Below, piece after piece: positions 53,842 through 64,000 of a stretch of 64,000 bases of DNA. A program made the position numbers and the translations under genes. How positions within the stretch are numbered: position 1 is the first letter of the stretch; each line of letters starts with the position of its first letter. The notes below the pieces were generated by a model. The model was not told where the DNA came from and made no database searches. It saw only the letters and a program-made list of their open reading frames with translations. This DNA comes from a virus, in the UHGV virus genome UHGV-1484817; one strand, given 5' to 3'.

Positions 53842-53970
53842 ATTTTATCACCGTATCTTGGGGCTGGGTGTTGATGACGATGTGCTACTTGAAGTACTTG
53901 GGTTTTTTAACGCAGCATCTGAAATGTGTAGACTGACCGGTAACAAATGACAACTCGTAGAATCGGGTAA

Positions 53971-54561
<591 letters not shown>

Positions 54562-54571
54562 GGGGGCTGAT

Positions 54572-55183
54572 ATGGGGCTTAATGTTGCTTCAGTAAAGTC
54601 TTATGTATCTTCGGCATTAACGACGACATTATTTGGCTCCGGCGTTGGTGAGCGGGAAGTTGGTAAGCTGACGTCAATCATCATGAACAAAATGCTGTTC
54701 GCGCAAGGATGGCAGTTCTCTGTCGAAGTTGATGGTCTGGAGGGGGCAGACTTCTTTGCTAAAGACATTACCTACCACGATTACAGCATCGAATATGAAA
54801 CGATTAAAATCGGCGGAGGGAATATCCTTCAGCCAACGGAGCGTTCGCCTGGGCAGATAACAATGATGGTCAGGGATACCGTTGATGGCCTCGTTTTGGA
54901 CTGGTTTAAGACGGCAAAAAGTCGGGTGATCAATCCGGACGGTACCGGGAATATACCGTCTAAATATTTGCTCAATGTGCGTATTTATCGGTTGCTGTCC
55001 TCCGGTTTAACCAAACTGGAAAATGAGATGACGGTATTCCCGGTCACTACCGGCGATGTCACCTATGCGCGGGATCAGGTTACGGAATTTAAGTCATTCC
55101 CAATGACCTTCGCATTGCACAGCACGTTTAACCAATCCTCAAGTTCTTTAGCTTCCCTTCTGGGCTTTAGTTTTTCGCTTTAA
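54572..55183 (+). CDS. Hypothetical tail-module protein
   Basis: 203-aa ORF tightly following the previous gene. Confidence 0.45.
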   Translation: MGLNVASVKSYVSSALTTTLFGSGVGEREVGKLTSIIMNKMLFAQGWQFSVEVDGLEGADFFAKDITYHDYSIEYETIKIGGGNILQPTERSPGQITMMVRDTVDGLVLDWFKTAKSRVINPDGTGNIPSKYLLNVRIYRLLSSGLTKLENEMTVFPVTTGDVTYARDQVTEFKSFPMTFALHSTFNQSSSSLASLLGFSFSL

Positions 55184-55197
55184 ATTAAGGAGCAAGG

Positions 55198-56079
55198 ATG
55201 CTTTTACCTCTTTTCCCGCTACCATCGCGGCCAACTGAATTGATCCAGTTCCGTCAGCCAAATATTGCTGATGCGATGCGTTTCAACTCGATAACACCGG
55301 AGGAACAAGAACAACAGACAACGGCGTATTTAAAAGCCTTGCTGGCTGAACCCGCGAAATATGATCCCCTGACATGGACGGCGCAGGACCGGATTACCGC
55401 GTTATGGTGGATATTTACTGGCTCCCGTGAAACACCGGTCGAGACATTCACCTACACCTGTAAACATTGCGGTAAAGAGCATTATTACGATTGCGATATG
55501 AATGCTCTGGCTGAAGATATCCAGGTCCTGGAAGTGGAACCGTTCATTGACGATATTGAGGTGTCTGTAGAGGGCGTGCCTTATCAATGGCGTATCGTGC
55601 CGCTTGATGGTTGGGCAATGGAAATGCTGGAGATGCGCCGTGCAGCATTGCCACCTGAAGACGACGCGGAATTCAAAGAAGCGATCGTTGATTTGCGTTT
55701 TTGGGAATTCGCTTATCAGTGTGAACTTTATAACGATGTTAGCGGTACTCGTGAAGAGCAGGCTGAGCGTCGTTATGAAACGATCAAACGGATGGCCATT
55801 GATACTGAATTTATGAAGCTGGCGGCACACATCCGGGTGGCTCATGAAAAGCTCGAACATGGTTTACCGTGCTACATCGATAAAGGCGAAATGCGTCTTC
55901 GTCTCCCGCCGCACAAATGCCCAAACCAGGATACAAAGGAGTCCACAGAGGGTGCGTATACCCGTCTGTGGGTGCCCTTTCGGGCTACCGACTTCATTCC
56001 ACAGGTGGGGATTGAAAAGCTATCAGACCTTAGTGTCCAACCTGGTTTTGTATGGGGGTATACCGATTCAGGACGCTGA
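55198..56079 (+). CDS. Hypothetical tail-module protein
   Basis: 293-aa ORF with a CxxC...CxxC cluster. Confidence 0.45.
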   Translation: MLLPLFPLPSRPTELIQFRQPNIADAMRFNSITPEEQEQQTTAYLKALLAEPAKYDPLTWTAQDRITALWWIFTGSRETPVETFTYTCKHCGKEHYYDCDMNALAEDIQVLEVEPFIDDIEVSVEGVPYQWRIVPLDGWAMEMLEMRRAALPPEDDAEFKEAIVDLRFWEFAYQCELYNDVSGTREEQAERRYETIKRMAIDTEFMKLAAHIRVAHEKLEHGLPCYIDKGEMRLRLPPHKCPNQDTKESTEGAYTRLWVPFRATDFIPQVGIEKLSDLSVQPGFVWGYTDSGR

Positions 56080-56160
56080 AAGGCTCACTGAATCCTATGC
56101 GTTTTTCCTGTTGGAGAAACTGGAAGAAAAACTTAAACCGAAGCGGTAGGCGATAAGATC

Positions 56161-59100
56161 ATGGAAAGAAAAAACGCCAACATTGACGATGTGATAAGGA
56201 CGGTTGAAACCGCCAGCGCAAAAGAGCTGGAAGAGCTTGCAGGTATCCGGGAAGCTGTTGAAGATTTGAAAGGGGGACGCGTTGCAACTGTTGATCCTGT
56301 CTCTCGCAGTGTGTCGGCATTAAATCGCACAATCGAAAATTCCCGGCCAGACTTTGTGGCCAATGCGCCATCAGTGGACCCTATTGTTGAGGCAATGAAA
56401 CGGCTTAATTTAGGGGACGTTTCTCGTGTAGTTCAGGAGGATGTTGCTCTACAGGAACCGCAGGCCAAATCAACTACGCGAAAGGGTAAAAAACGACGCA
56501 AGAAGGCTATAACAGAAGATGTAAAGGCGCAACGGACCGAAGCAGCCGAACACGCTCGCGAAATGTTCGGTCAAAAAGGCGGTGCGCAAAAAAGCCAAAA
56601 CCAACGCGATGCGCGTGGTCGTTTTATTGGAAAGCCAGGGAGTAAGGCCGCAGCGGAAGATGCCCGTGCTGAACGTGCTGAAAAGGCCAGGCGCAAAGAG
56701 GATGATGAGCGTCTAAATGCTGAATCAGGTTTATTAAAAAAACTGTCAAAAGTAGCTGAAGGCATAGGTAACCCTTCAGAGACTCGTGCCGTCGATGCGT
56801 TAGGTTATGCTGTTGCTGGTCCATTGTGGGCAGCAGGGAAGGAGCTTGGCGGGATATCAAAAGAAGTTGGTGGATCGCTTAATGGTGCCAGAAAGTCTAT
56901 TGCCGATGTGATTCGTGGCAATGACGATAACAGCCGTAGAAAAGGTTTTTTTAGGCGTAAATCGCAAAATAGTGCCGATGTCGTTCAGGTTAACACCCAA
57001 AAACGGACGGTTCAGGAACTTCAGGAGCAGACCAGCGAAATTAAAGAGGGCAATGACAAGATTCTCAGCGCCCTTGATCAGATAGCCAAAAACACCGGGA
57101 AAAAGAAGGGCGGCTTGCTGTCTAAACTATTTAGCCTGTTAGGGAAGGGGGCCGGTGGCGTCGCGTCGTTGTTAATGGGGCGTGGCATGCTGAAAAAAGC
57201 TGGAGCACTCGCTTTTGGCGCTCTGGGGGCAAAGAGACTCGTAGGAATGCTACGCGGTGGGGGCAAGAAGACTCTCGCCCATGAAGGCGGAGATTTGGCT
57301 GCCCGGGCAGCAGGTAAACTTGGATTAAAGGCAGTTGGTAAAGGGGCGTTACGCGCAATTCCCCTAGTCGGCACAGTGGCTGGAGGTATTTATGATGCGG
57401 TAACCGGTTGGAATGATACAGAAGCGCAACGTCGAGCGTTTGGGCTTAAATCAGGACAAGATCCATCATTCCAGCAAAAAGCCGCTTATACGTTAGCCAA
57501 TGTTCTTGATTTGGGGGGACTGGTATCTGGTATTAGCAGTGCTATTGGTGATGTTCTCAAATCACTTGGATTTGAGGATATCGGCAATATGTTGCAATCA
57601 TTTTCGACGGAAAGTATTGCCCAGGCCATTGATAGCGGGGTTACCAACTTAGAAACATATATTTCTAACCTTGGCGACACCATTTCTACCAAGTTCGATG
57701 ATTACACAGCAAAGATTGGTGATGCTGTTTCAGCATGGTTTAGCGATACATCTAATAAGTTGCTTGAAAAGCTGGATGCCATCAAAGACTTCTTTACTGT
57801 CGATAACCTGAAACAGGTTTTCAGTGATGCAATTGATAGTGCAATTGACTTCATTAAGAACCCAGGGAAACACATTAAAGAGGCGGCTGGTAATATTTGG
57901 GATGGGGTTAAAAATTTACCCGGTAAAGCATTAGATGCAGCGGTTGATGCCGTTAAAAATACCCCTGCGGCAATGATTGTATCAAAAATACCCAATCCGA
58001 TCGGCGAGGCTAATGCAAAAGAAATCACTCCAGAGTTAAAAGCTCCGGTTAATAGCCACCAGGAGACATCTGATTCTAAAACTGAATCCGATGCTAAACA
58101 GACTAATATTGCTACCCGCGTGATAAATGCGGCACTGGACACGGCGAAAGATAGCAATAAAACAGTTAAAGAAACTGCCAATCAGATTATCAATGCAAAT
58201 GCCGTAGAAATGGGCAATAGCGCGGTGCGGAAAATTGATTCAGCTATTGGACAAAATAGCTCGTCATCATCGTCGCGTAATACCACCGGCACTGGGAATG
58301 ACATTCAGAAAGCTGCTGATACCTACAATAATGGCAACTTAGATGTAAAAGTCGGAAGCCTTGGCGCTGAAGGTAAGGCAAATCTCGATAAGTTAGCTCC
58401 GTATTTTGCTGAACTAGAGAATAAATATGGTCTTCCTGAAGGCACTCTTTACGCGATTGCTGCAACTGAATCAGGAGGGGATCCTAACGCAAAGTCTCCG
58501 CTTACAAGATCACCAGATGGAAAGTTAAGTGGTGGCGCACTCGGGATGTTCCAGTTTACGCGCGTTGCTCGTGAGGAAACTGGATTATCCCGGGAAGATT
58601 CTTTTAATCCGGAAAAATCGGCAGAAGCTGCGGCTCTTCTCATGAGCAAGTATCTGAAGCAAGCCAATGGAGACTTAAACGAGGCCATCACTGCATATAA
58701 CGCTGGGTTTGGCACTATTAATAAGTGGAAAAAAGGCACCGGTGACTTATCGAAGGAAAACCGTGAGTACGCGATCAAGGTCAATACTCATCGTGCTCGC
58801 TATTTAGGTGGTGAAATCTATACACCTGGGGCAGGAGCACAGGGTGGGGCGCAATATGGAGTGAGGGAACCACTACCTGATAACGCCGTTATCGATCAGT
58901 CTACTGGTCTGGCGTTTACCCCTGGTGATAGCCCGTTTGAGAAAGGCGGTTTGGTAGACAAAATCGGCAATGCTGTTGGCGTTAACGATCTGGTCAACAA
59001 ATTCATGAATGGCCGGGGTATGCGTCGGGAAGTCGTTCAGGGAACGCTCGAAGAACGTGCACGAGGGAAGGGGACCGCAACAGCAGCTGGCAATGTGTAT

Positions 59101-59583
59101 GTTAATACTCCGATGCCAGTTGAAGAGGCGCGTCCGGTGGCCAGCAACTCAAGTTACTTTGACCAACTCGGCGCACAAATGGGGATTGATGGACTATTCG
59201 ATAAACTCCGCAACTCGCCGGGGATGCGGAAAAATAATGCGCCTGAACCAGCCTCCACGTCCCAGGTGACGACTGCCGCCAACGATTTGCAGCAACCAAC
59301 CGGTCGTATGCAGATAGACGGGCAGGTTATTAGTGACCTTGGCGGTTCCGGTGCCAAGCCGACAATGCAGTTGGCTGATAATACCGTTTCACTTGATGGT
59401 GAAACGAAGCGGCTGTTTGCGCAGATGACCTCATTGCTTGCCAGGATTGAAGAGCACACCAAAGACTCGGCGAAAGGCCAGGGAACTGTCGTAAAGGTCA
59501 GCACGCCTCAGCCGGGCGTTATGCGCACGGTACCACTGTCAATTGATGATCCGTTGATGAATGACTACGCGAGAGTTGATTGA
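56161..59583 (+). CDS. sit: Tail tape-measure-like protein with lytic transglycosylase domain (Sit)
   Basis: 1140-aa ORF, Gly/Ala/Lys-rich, with SLT-domain block GALGMFQFTRVAREETGL ... AYNAGFGTINKWKKG. Confidence 0.85.
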   Translation: MERKNANIDDVIRTVETASAKELEELAGIREAVEDLKGGRVATVDPVSRSVSALNRTIENSRPDFVANAPSVDPIVEAMKRLNLGDVSRVVQEDVALQEPQAKSTTRKGKKRRKKAITEDVKAQRTEAAEHAREMFGQKGGAQKSQNQRDARGRFIGKPGSKAAAEDARAERAEKARRKEDDERLNAESGLLKKLSKVAEGIGNPSETRAVDALGYAVAGPLWAAGKELGGISKEVGGSLNGARKSIADVIRGNDDNSRRKGFFRRKSQNSADVVQVNTQKRTVQELQEQTSEIKEGNDKILSALDQIAKNTGKKKGGLLSKLFSLLGKGAGGVASLLMGRGMLKKAGALAFGALGAKRLVGMLRGGGKKTLAHEGGDLAARAAGKLGLKAVGKGALRAIPLVGTVAGGIYDAVTGWNDTEAQRRAFGLKSGQDPSFQQKAAYTLANVLDLGGLVSGISSAIGDVLKSLGFEDIGNMLQSFSTESIAQAIDSGVTNLETYISNLGDTISTKFDDYTAKIGDAVSAWFSDTSNKLLEKLDAIKDFFTVDNLKQVFSDAIDSAIDFIKNPGKHIKEAAGNIWDGVKNLPGKALDAAVDAVKNTPAAMIVSKIPNPIGEANAKEITPELKAPVNSHQETSDSKTESDAKQTNIATRVINAALDTAKDSNKTVKETANQIINANAVEMGNSAVRKIDSAIGQNSSSSSSRNTTGTGNDIQKAADTYNNGNLDVKVGSLGAEGKANLDKLAPYFAELENKYGLPEGTLYAIAATESGGDPNAKSPLTRSPDGKLSGGALGMFQFTRVAREETGLSREDSFNPEKSAEAAALLMSKYLKQANGDLNEAITAYNAGFGTINKWKKGTGDLSKENREYAIKVNTHRARYLGGEIYTPGAGAQGGAQYGVREPLPDNAVIDQSTGLAFTPGDSPFEKGGLVDKIGNAVGVNDLVNKFMNGRGMRREVVQGTLEERARGKGTATAAGNVYVNTPMPVEEARPVASNSSYFDQLGAQMGIDGLFDKLRNSPGMRKNNAPEPASTSQVTTAANDLQQPTGRMQIDGQVISDLGGSGAKPTMQLADNTVSLDGETKRLFAQMTSLLARIEEHTKDSAKGQGTVVKVSTPQPGVMRTVPLSIDDPLMNDYARVD

Positions 59584-59939
59584 TGGCCAACAATAATGAA
59601 ATTGATCCTTTGCTGACGCTGGAGTTATCCGGCGTAAAAACGTATGAGTCCCAGGAGGAGGCCTGGGGCGCTCGTTTATATGAGTGGCTAAACACTTATC
59701 AGGGTGAGGTATACGGAGATCCGTCATGGGGCAATGTTTTACCGCAGTTTAAACACGAACCGACCAACTTGTCGCATGTTCAAATTGCGGTTGAGGCAAT
59801 GCTGTTGCAAAAACTGACGGTAGATTTACCTGACATACCGATTTCTGGCTTGTCAGTAGCCGAGGGAGATGCTTTTGATAAGTTGAAAATATCCATTCGT
59901 ATCAGGGATATAACTATCACACAGGACGTGGTGCTATGA
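59580..59939 (+). CDS. Hypothetical baseplate-module protein
   Basis: 119-aa ORF overlapping the sit stop by 4 nt. Confidence 0.5.
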   Translation: MMANNNEIDPLLTLELSGVKTYESQEEAWGARLYEWLNTYQGEVYGDPSWGNVLPQFKHEPTNLSHVQIAVEAMLLQKLTVDLPDIPISGLSVAEGDAFDKLKISIRIRDITITQDVVL

Positions 59940-61369
59940 GTAAAACAACACCGACTAAAGACAGTATTCGTGCAGAGTTTGAAGAGCTTGTCGAGAAAGA
60001 TTCATTCTGGTCGAAGTTTGTCGGCTCTCAATTTGTCTCGATGCTGACATTGTTTATTACCCAGATTGTCTACAGGTGCTTTCAGTATGCCGATGCGGCG
60101 CTGGCTGAAGGCTTTATATCGACCGCGACGCGGCGTTCCTCTATCCTGGCAGCGGCAGAAACGAATAGTTACGTTGGTACCAAGCCAACACCGTCATCCG
60201 GGATGGTTGAGATCACAGCCACAAGTGAAGATGCTCCAGCGGTAATCCCCAAAAACACGCCTTTAATATCTGACGACCAGTACCCTTACATGACTATGGA
60301 TGTATGCAGGTTGGTTGACGGCACCGGTACGGTAGAAGTGGCACAGTTGGAAATCCAGGAGGTGACATATACCGTTACGGCAGCCAAAGAATTTCTGGAA
60401 GTCGTGTTATCAAAGGCTCTCACTGCTGTCTGCTATAAGCTGGAAGTATTCGTGACGACCGATGGTAAGACCACGCAGTGGTCTTCCAGCACTATGTTCC
60501 GGTTAGCCGGTAGTAAAAGCCAGGTCTACGTTGAGTTTTATAAGCCATCCGAGCAGTTGGGGGTTCGATTCGGTGATGGGCTAATTGGGCAAATACCGCC
60601 AGAAGGCTCGACCATTACACTTAAGGTATGGTGCACCAACGGAGATATAACCCTGGTTGCTGGCCAAAACCTGACTCCTGTCGATTCTGCGGCTAATTTA
60701 GCTAATTTGATTTCAGTTAAGACAACGACACCCATAACCGCAGGTACCGATGCCGAAACAACGGAGATCACACGTAATCGTGCACAATATTACCTTGCCT
60801 ATGATGATCAGGTCGTATGGGGCGGGGACTATACGTATTTTCTGGTGCGTAACATCCCGGGACTGTCCTGGGTAAAGGCATGGGGCGAAGGCCAGCAAGA
60901 GAAATTAGATGGTGCTTATAATGTTCGGAATATCAATAAGATATTTATTTCAGGATGGCATCCAAACAAAAGCCAGTCAGAGCTTGAAGAAATGATCCTG
61001 GCTGCCTTTAAGAAGGTGCCGAATGAGTTGAACAAGAAATTCTCGTATAAAGAGGTCAGAAAACTACCCTTTAAGATCACCATCACTGGGCGGATATCGG
61101 CAAGCCTGACCATTGAGAACGTGACTGATGAGCTGAAGTCGGCACTGGAAACAAAATTTGGGCGTGACTCAACTTTCTTTGATCCGAACCGTGTCGGCAA
61201 GTACATCCTAATCAAGAAAAAAGACGTTTGGGCATTTATCGAAACGCTGGGTTATTTCCGCGACTTTTATCTGGAATTTGTCGAGTGGAATGAGTCCAAC
61301 GGCTTTTACGATTTCGTTTATCTGGATACAGAAAACTCCACCTTTAATATTTCGTATGAGGAGGAGTGA
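59936..61369 (+). CDS. Probable baseplate protein
   Basis: 477-aa ORF in the coupled tail gene chain. Confidence 0.5.
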   Translation: MSKTTPTKDSIRAEFEELVEKDSFWSKFVGSQFVSMLTLFITQIVYRCFQYADAALAEGFISTATRRSSILAAAETNSYVGTKPTPSSGMVEITATSEDAPAVIPKNTPLISDDQYPYMTMDVCRLVDGTGTVEVAQLEIQEVTYTVTAAKEFLEVVLSKALTAVCYKLEVFVTTDGKTTQWSSSTMFRLAGSKSQVYVEFYKPSEQLGVRFGDGLIGQIPPEGSTITLKVWCTNGDITLVAGQNLTPVDSAANLANLISVKTTTPITAGTDAETTEITRNRAQYYLAYDDQVVWGGDYTYFLVRNIPGLSWVKAWGEGQQEKLDGAYNVRNINKIFISGWHPNKSQSELEEMILAAFKKVPNELNKKFSYKEVRKLPFKITITGRISASLTIENVTDELKSALETKFGRDSTFFDPNRVGKYILIKKKDVWAFIETLGYFRDFYLEFVEWNESNGFYDFVYLDTENSTFNISYEEE

Positions 61370-62205
61370 TGCAGCGTTCCTGGTTTAATAACCGGCTTAC
61401 ATCAGCTAAGCAAAAGTCATTACTTTATAAATCATTGGCTGATTTGGTTCAGTCAATGATGGACACCTTTGTTGACCCATGGTTGGAGCGAATTACCAAC
61501 CGGAAGTCTATTTTCTCCATGAGCAAGGAGGATCTGGAGACTAGGACAAATGAACTTGGCCAGTTTTTTACTATCAGGACGTCGAATTCATCTTCCGTTC
61601 CGATGTTGTTACAACAGCGGTTTGATGAGATCCATTTTAAGGGTACTGAACGCCCTATAAACCAGACAATTTATCGCGAATTTAACGGTATATCGGTTTT
61701 ATGGGATCCCATATATGCTCCGGTGGACTTTGAACGTCATCCCTATGGCACGGTCCTGATTCCAGAAAGCACACTGGAAACCACCGGCGGCACATTCGGC
61801 GAGATGTTTCTGACTTCCAGAGGAATGATCAGTATTCCCATAAACGACCTGGCCCGGACAATGGGTATTACTGGAACGATAGATCAGTCCGCAATTACAG
61901 AAGAAATTCTCAGAAAGTTTAATCAGTTCGTAAAGCCTCTACTGCCACTGCATATAGTGTTTGATGGGCTTACGCTCTATTTGTCGGTTGTTGTAAATGA
62001 ACAGGCCGACATGATCACTTTGAATGAGATTTCTGATACCGAAAAAGCATTCTGCTGGTTTGAAACTTCGGATACAACTTCGCTTACTGAAGTTACGTCG
62101 ATTAACGCCCCGATCACTGCAACGCCGGGCGGCACTATTGTGAAAGCAACGCCTACGTTTGATCGCACCCGCGCAGATGATTTGCTGTTGGATAGCGATG
62201 CGTGA
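61366..62205 (+). CDS. Hypothetical tail protein
   Basis: 279-aa ORF with 4-nt overlap with the upstream gene. Confidence 0.5.
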   Translation: MMQRSWFNNRLTSAKQKSLLYKSLADLVQSMMDTFVDPWLERITNRKSIFSMSKEDLETRTNELGQFFTIRTSNSSSVPMLLQQRFDEIHFKGTERPINQTIYREFNGISVLWDPIYAPVDFERHPYGTVLIPESTLETTGGTFGEMFLTSRGMISIPINDLARTMGITGTIDQSAITEEILRKFNQFVKPLLPLHIVFDGLTLYLSVVVNEQADMITLNEISDTEKAFCWFETSDTTSLTEVTSINAPITATPGGTIVKATPTFDRTRADDLLLDSDA

Positions 62206-62283
62206 CAATCACCCCGTCCGCAGGGCGGGGTGACAAGTTACTTATCTTACAATGAGGCTTCACAACATTGATTAGGGAAAATC

Positions 62284-62718
62284 ATGTCTGACGTCTCAAC
62301 AAACCTCTATAAGAGTCAGTTGTTGGACTATTACTATCAGCGGCGCGCTGAATCGTCCATTAACAAAGGCTCTCGATTTTTAATCAGCAAGGCCGTTTTC
62401 GGTACCAGTTCACTGGTTACTAAGAAAGGAGATGGCACTTATGAGATTGGAGAACTGCCAAAGGCTTTCGATCTGGCAGAACTGACCAGTCAATTTTGCA
62501 CCATCAACCTCGTCCCAACCTACTCAGGCGGGATAATTACTGTCCGAATGGACCTTGATCAAAGTCAGTTGCAGGAAGGGAAAAACTACCCATTCAACAC
62601 TCTGGTTGTTCTGGATAACGAGAATAAGCCAATCGCCATTATTTGTGTCCAAGAAGACTCGCTGTATGTGGGCAAAACATATACCGCAGTTATGGCCATA
62701 AACTCGACTACAGCATAA
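62284..62718 (+). CDS. Hypothetical tail protein preceding the tail fibre gene
   Basis: 144-aa ORF directly upstream of the fibre gene. Confidence 0.5.
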   Translation: MSDVSTNLYKSQLLDYYYQRRAESSINKGSRFLISKAVFGTSSLVTKKGDGTYEIGELPKAFDLAELTSQFCTINLVPTYSGGIITVRMDLDQSQLQEGKNYPFNTLVVLDNENKPIAIICVQEDSLYVGKTYTAVMAINSTTA

Positions 62719-62729
62719 GGATATGCTTG

Positions 62730-64000
62730 ATGAATGACGTTACAGTTGTTACATCGGTTACTTACCCATCACCCGAGTCGTTGGCTCTGGTGGCTGATGT
62801 GCAATACCACGAACCATATCTGTCAGCCGCTCTAAACCGAAAATTCAGGGGAATTGTTGACCCGGGATTTTATGCTGGTTTCTTGCCTAAGCCTGGCGGT
62901 GGAATGAACCTGTTAATCACCTCAGTGGATGGAGATAAAACCGCTGGCGCGGCGTCAGTGGATATTGGTGAATTCTACCAGGTAACTATTCAGCATCGTA
63001 AGGATATCTCTCTTGCACTTAACGCAGGCAAGAAATATGCAATTGTGCTGAAGGGAAGATACCTTCTTGGAGAAGATACCTATCAGGTGAATACCGCGTC
63101 ACATATTCATGCAGCTGAATTTGTTGCCAGAACCTATACCGATTCATATCAGTTAGGTGATGGGGAACTGCTGGTTTGTACGGTGAATATCCCTGCTGGC
63201 GTATCTACCATTACTCAAGAGATGATTGATACATCCGAGCGTATCAACCGCACGATCGGCATTGATATTTCAGACTCTGTAACCAGTACCAGAAGTGATG
63301 TTGCTGCGAGTTCGCTGGCAGTTAAAAAAGCCTACGATCTGGCGAAAAGCAAGTATACGGCGCAGGATGCAAGCACAACGCAAAAGGGATTAGTTCAGCT
63401 CAGTAGTGCCACTAACAGCACGTCCGAAGTGCTGGCCGCCACACCGAAAGCTGTCAAGGCTGCATATGACCTGGCTAACGGGAAGTATACAGCCCAGGAT
63501 GCAACCACGACACAAAAAGGGATAGTTCAGCTCAGTAGCGACACCAACAGCACTTCTGAAACATTAGCTGCAACTCCAAAAGCGGTTAAAGCTGCATACG
63601 ATCTAGCAGCCGGAAAGGCACCATCCAGTCATACACATCCCTGGAATCAGATCACTGGTGTGCCAACAGCTTCATTGACAGCGAAAGGCATCACTCAGCT
63701 CAGTAGTGCCACTAACAGCACGTCCGAAGTGCTGGCCGCCACACCGAAAGCTGTCAAGGCTGCATATGATTTGGCTAATGGAAAGCAAGCGGCAGACGCT
63801 ACGCTCACTGCTCTAGCGGCACTAGCTACAGCAGCAGATAAACTCCCTTATTTCACAGGTGTTGATCGTGCCGCGTTAACTGCATTGACAAGTGTTGGAC
63901 GCGCCATTCTTGGTAAGACCAGTATTCAGAGCGTTCTTGATTACCTTGGTTTGGGAGAAGGCTCGGCGCTGCCCGTTGGTGTACCTGTTCCATGGCCCTC
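62730..64000 (+). CDS. Tail fibre protein (5-prime part; continues beyond the window)
   Basis: Frame open from ATG 62730 (MNDVTVVTSV...) to the window end; three tandem repeats TQKG.VQLSS.TNSTSE.LAATPKAVKAAYDLA typical of enterobacterial phage tail fibres. Confidence 0.75.
   Translation, partial: MNDVTVVTSVTYPSPESLALVADVQYHEPYLSAALNRKFRGIVDPGFYAGFLPKPGGGMNLLITSVDGDKTAGAASVDIGEFYQVTIQHRKDISLALNAGKKYAIVLKGRYLLGEDTYQVNTASHIHAAEFVARTYTDSYQLGDGELLVCTVNIPAGVSTITQEMIDTSERINRTIGIDISDSVTSTRSDVAASSLAVKKAYDLAKSKYTAQDASTTQKGLVQLSSATNSTSEVLAATPKAVKAAYDLANGKYTAQDATTTQKGIVQLSSDTNSTSETLAATPKAVKAAYDLAAGKAPSSHTHPWNQITGVPTASLTAKGITQLSSATNSTSEVLAATPKAVKAAYDLANGKQAADATLTALAALATAADKLPYFTGVDRAALTALTSVGRAILGKTSIQSVLDYLGLGEGSALPVGVPVPWP

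Noticed and set aside
56133-58784. Several minus-strand ORFs (60-160 aa) inside the long tail protein gene
   Set aside because: All are embedded antisense in the 1140-aa sit ORF; low-complexity Ala/Ser/Pro-rich translations.

Overview
This window reads as one contiguous segment of a P1-like temperate phage-plasmid from an enterobacterium; all calls rest on reading the sequence and ORF translations by eye, with no database search run. The assignment rests on many copies of the asymmetric 17-bp C1 repressor operator (ATTGCTCTAATAAATTT and its complement), a PacA/PacB terminase pair with TGATCA hexamer clusters inside pacA, the Phd/Doc addiction pair, a UmuD-like gene behind a LexA box, a theta-subunit homologue, a DnaB-type helicase, a fused C5-cytosine/N6-adenine methyltransferase, an RdgC homologue, three tRNA genes, a RepA replicon flanked by iteron arrays, ParA/ParB with a parS-like centromere, head/sheath/tube genes, a RepL/KilA lytic replicon, a c4-icd-ant immunity module, a long transglycosylase-containing tail protein and a tail fibre running off the right edge. 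The parts that do not fit the P1 backbone as I recall it are the most interesting: (1) an AT-rich three-gene cassette at about 51.6-53.9 kb, between the immunity module and the tail genes, where P1 carries sim; (2) a T5orf172/GIY-YIG-like gene wedged between the incA iterons and the parA promoter; (3) a second, diverged c4-icd-ant module at the left edge directly downstream of pacB; and (4) a mosaic of tRNA-like stem-loop repeats downstream of tRNA-Thr/Asn. Gene symbols are given only where the product is recognisable; boundaries of RNA and regulatory elements are approximate.
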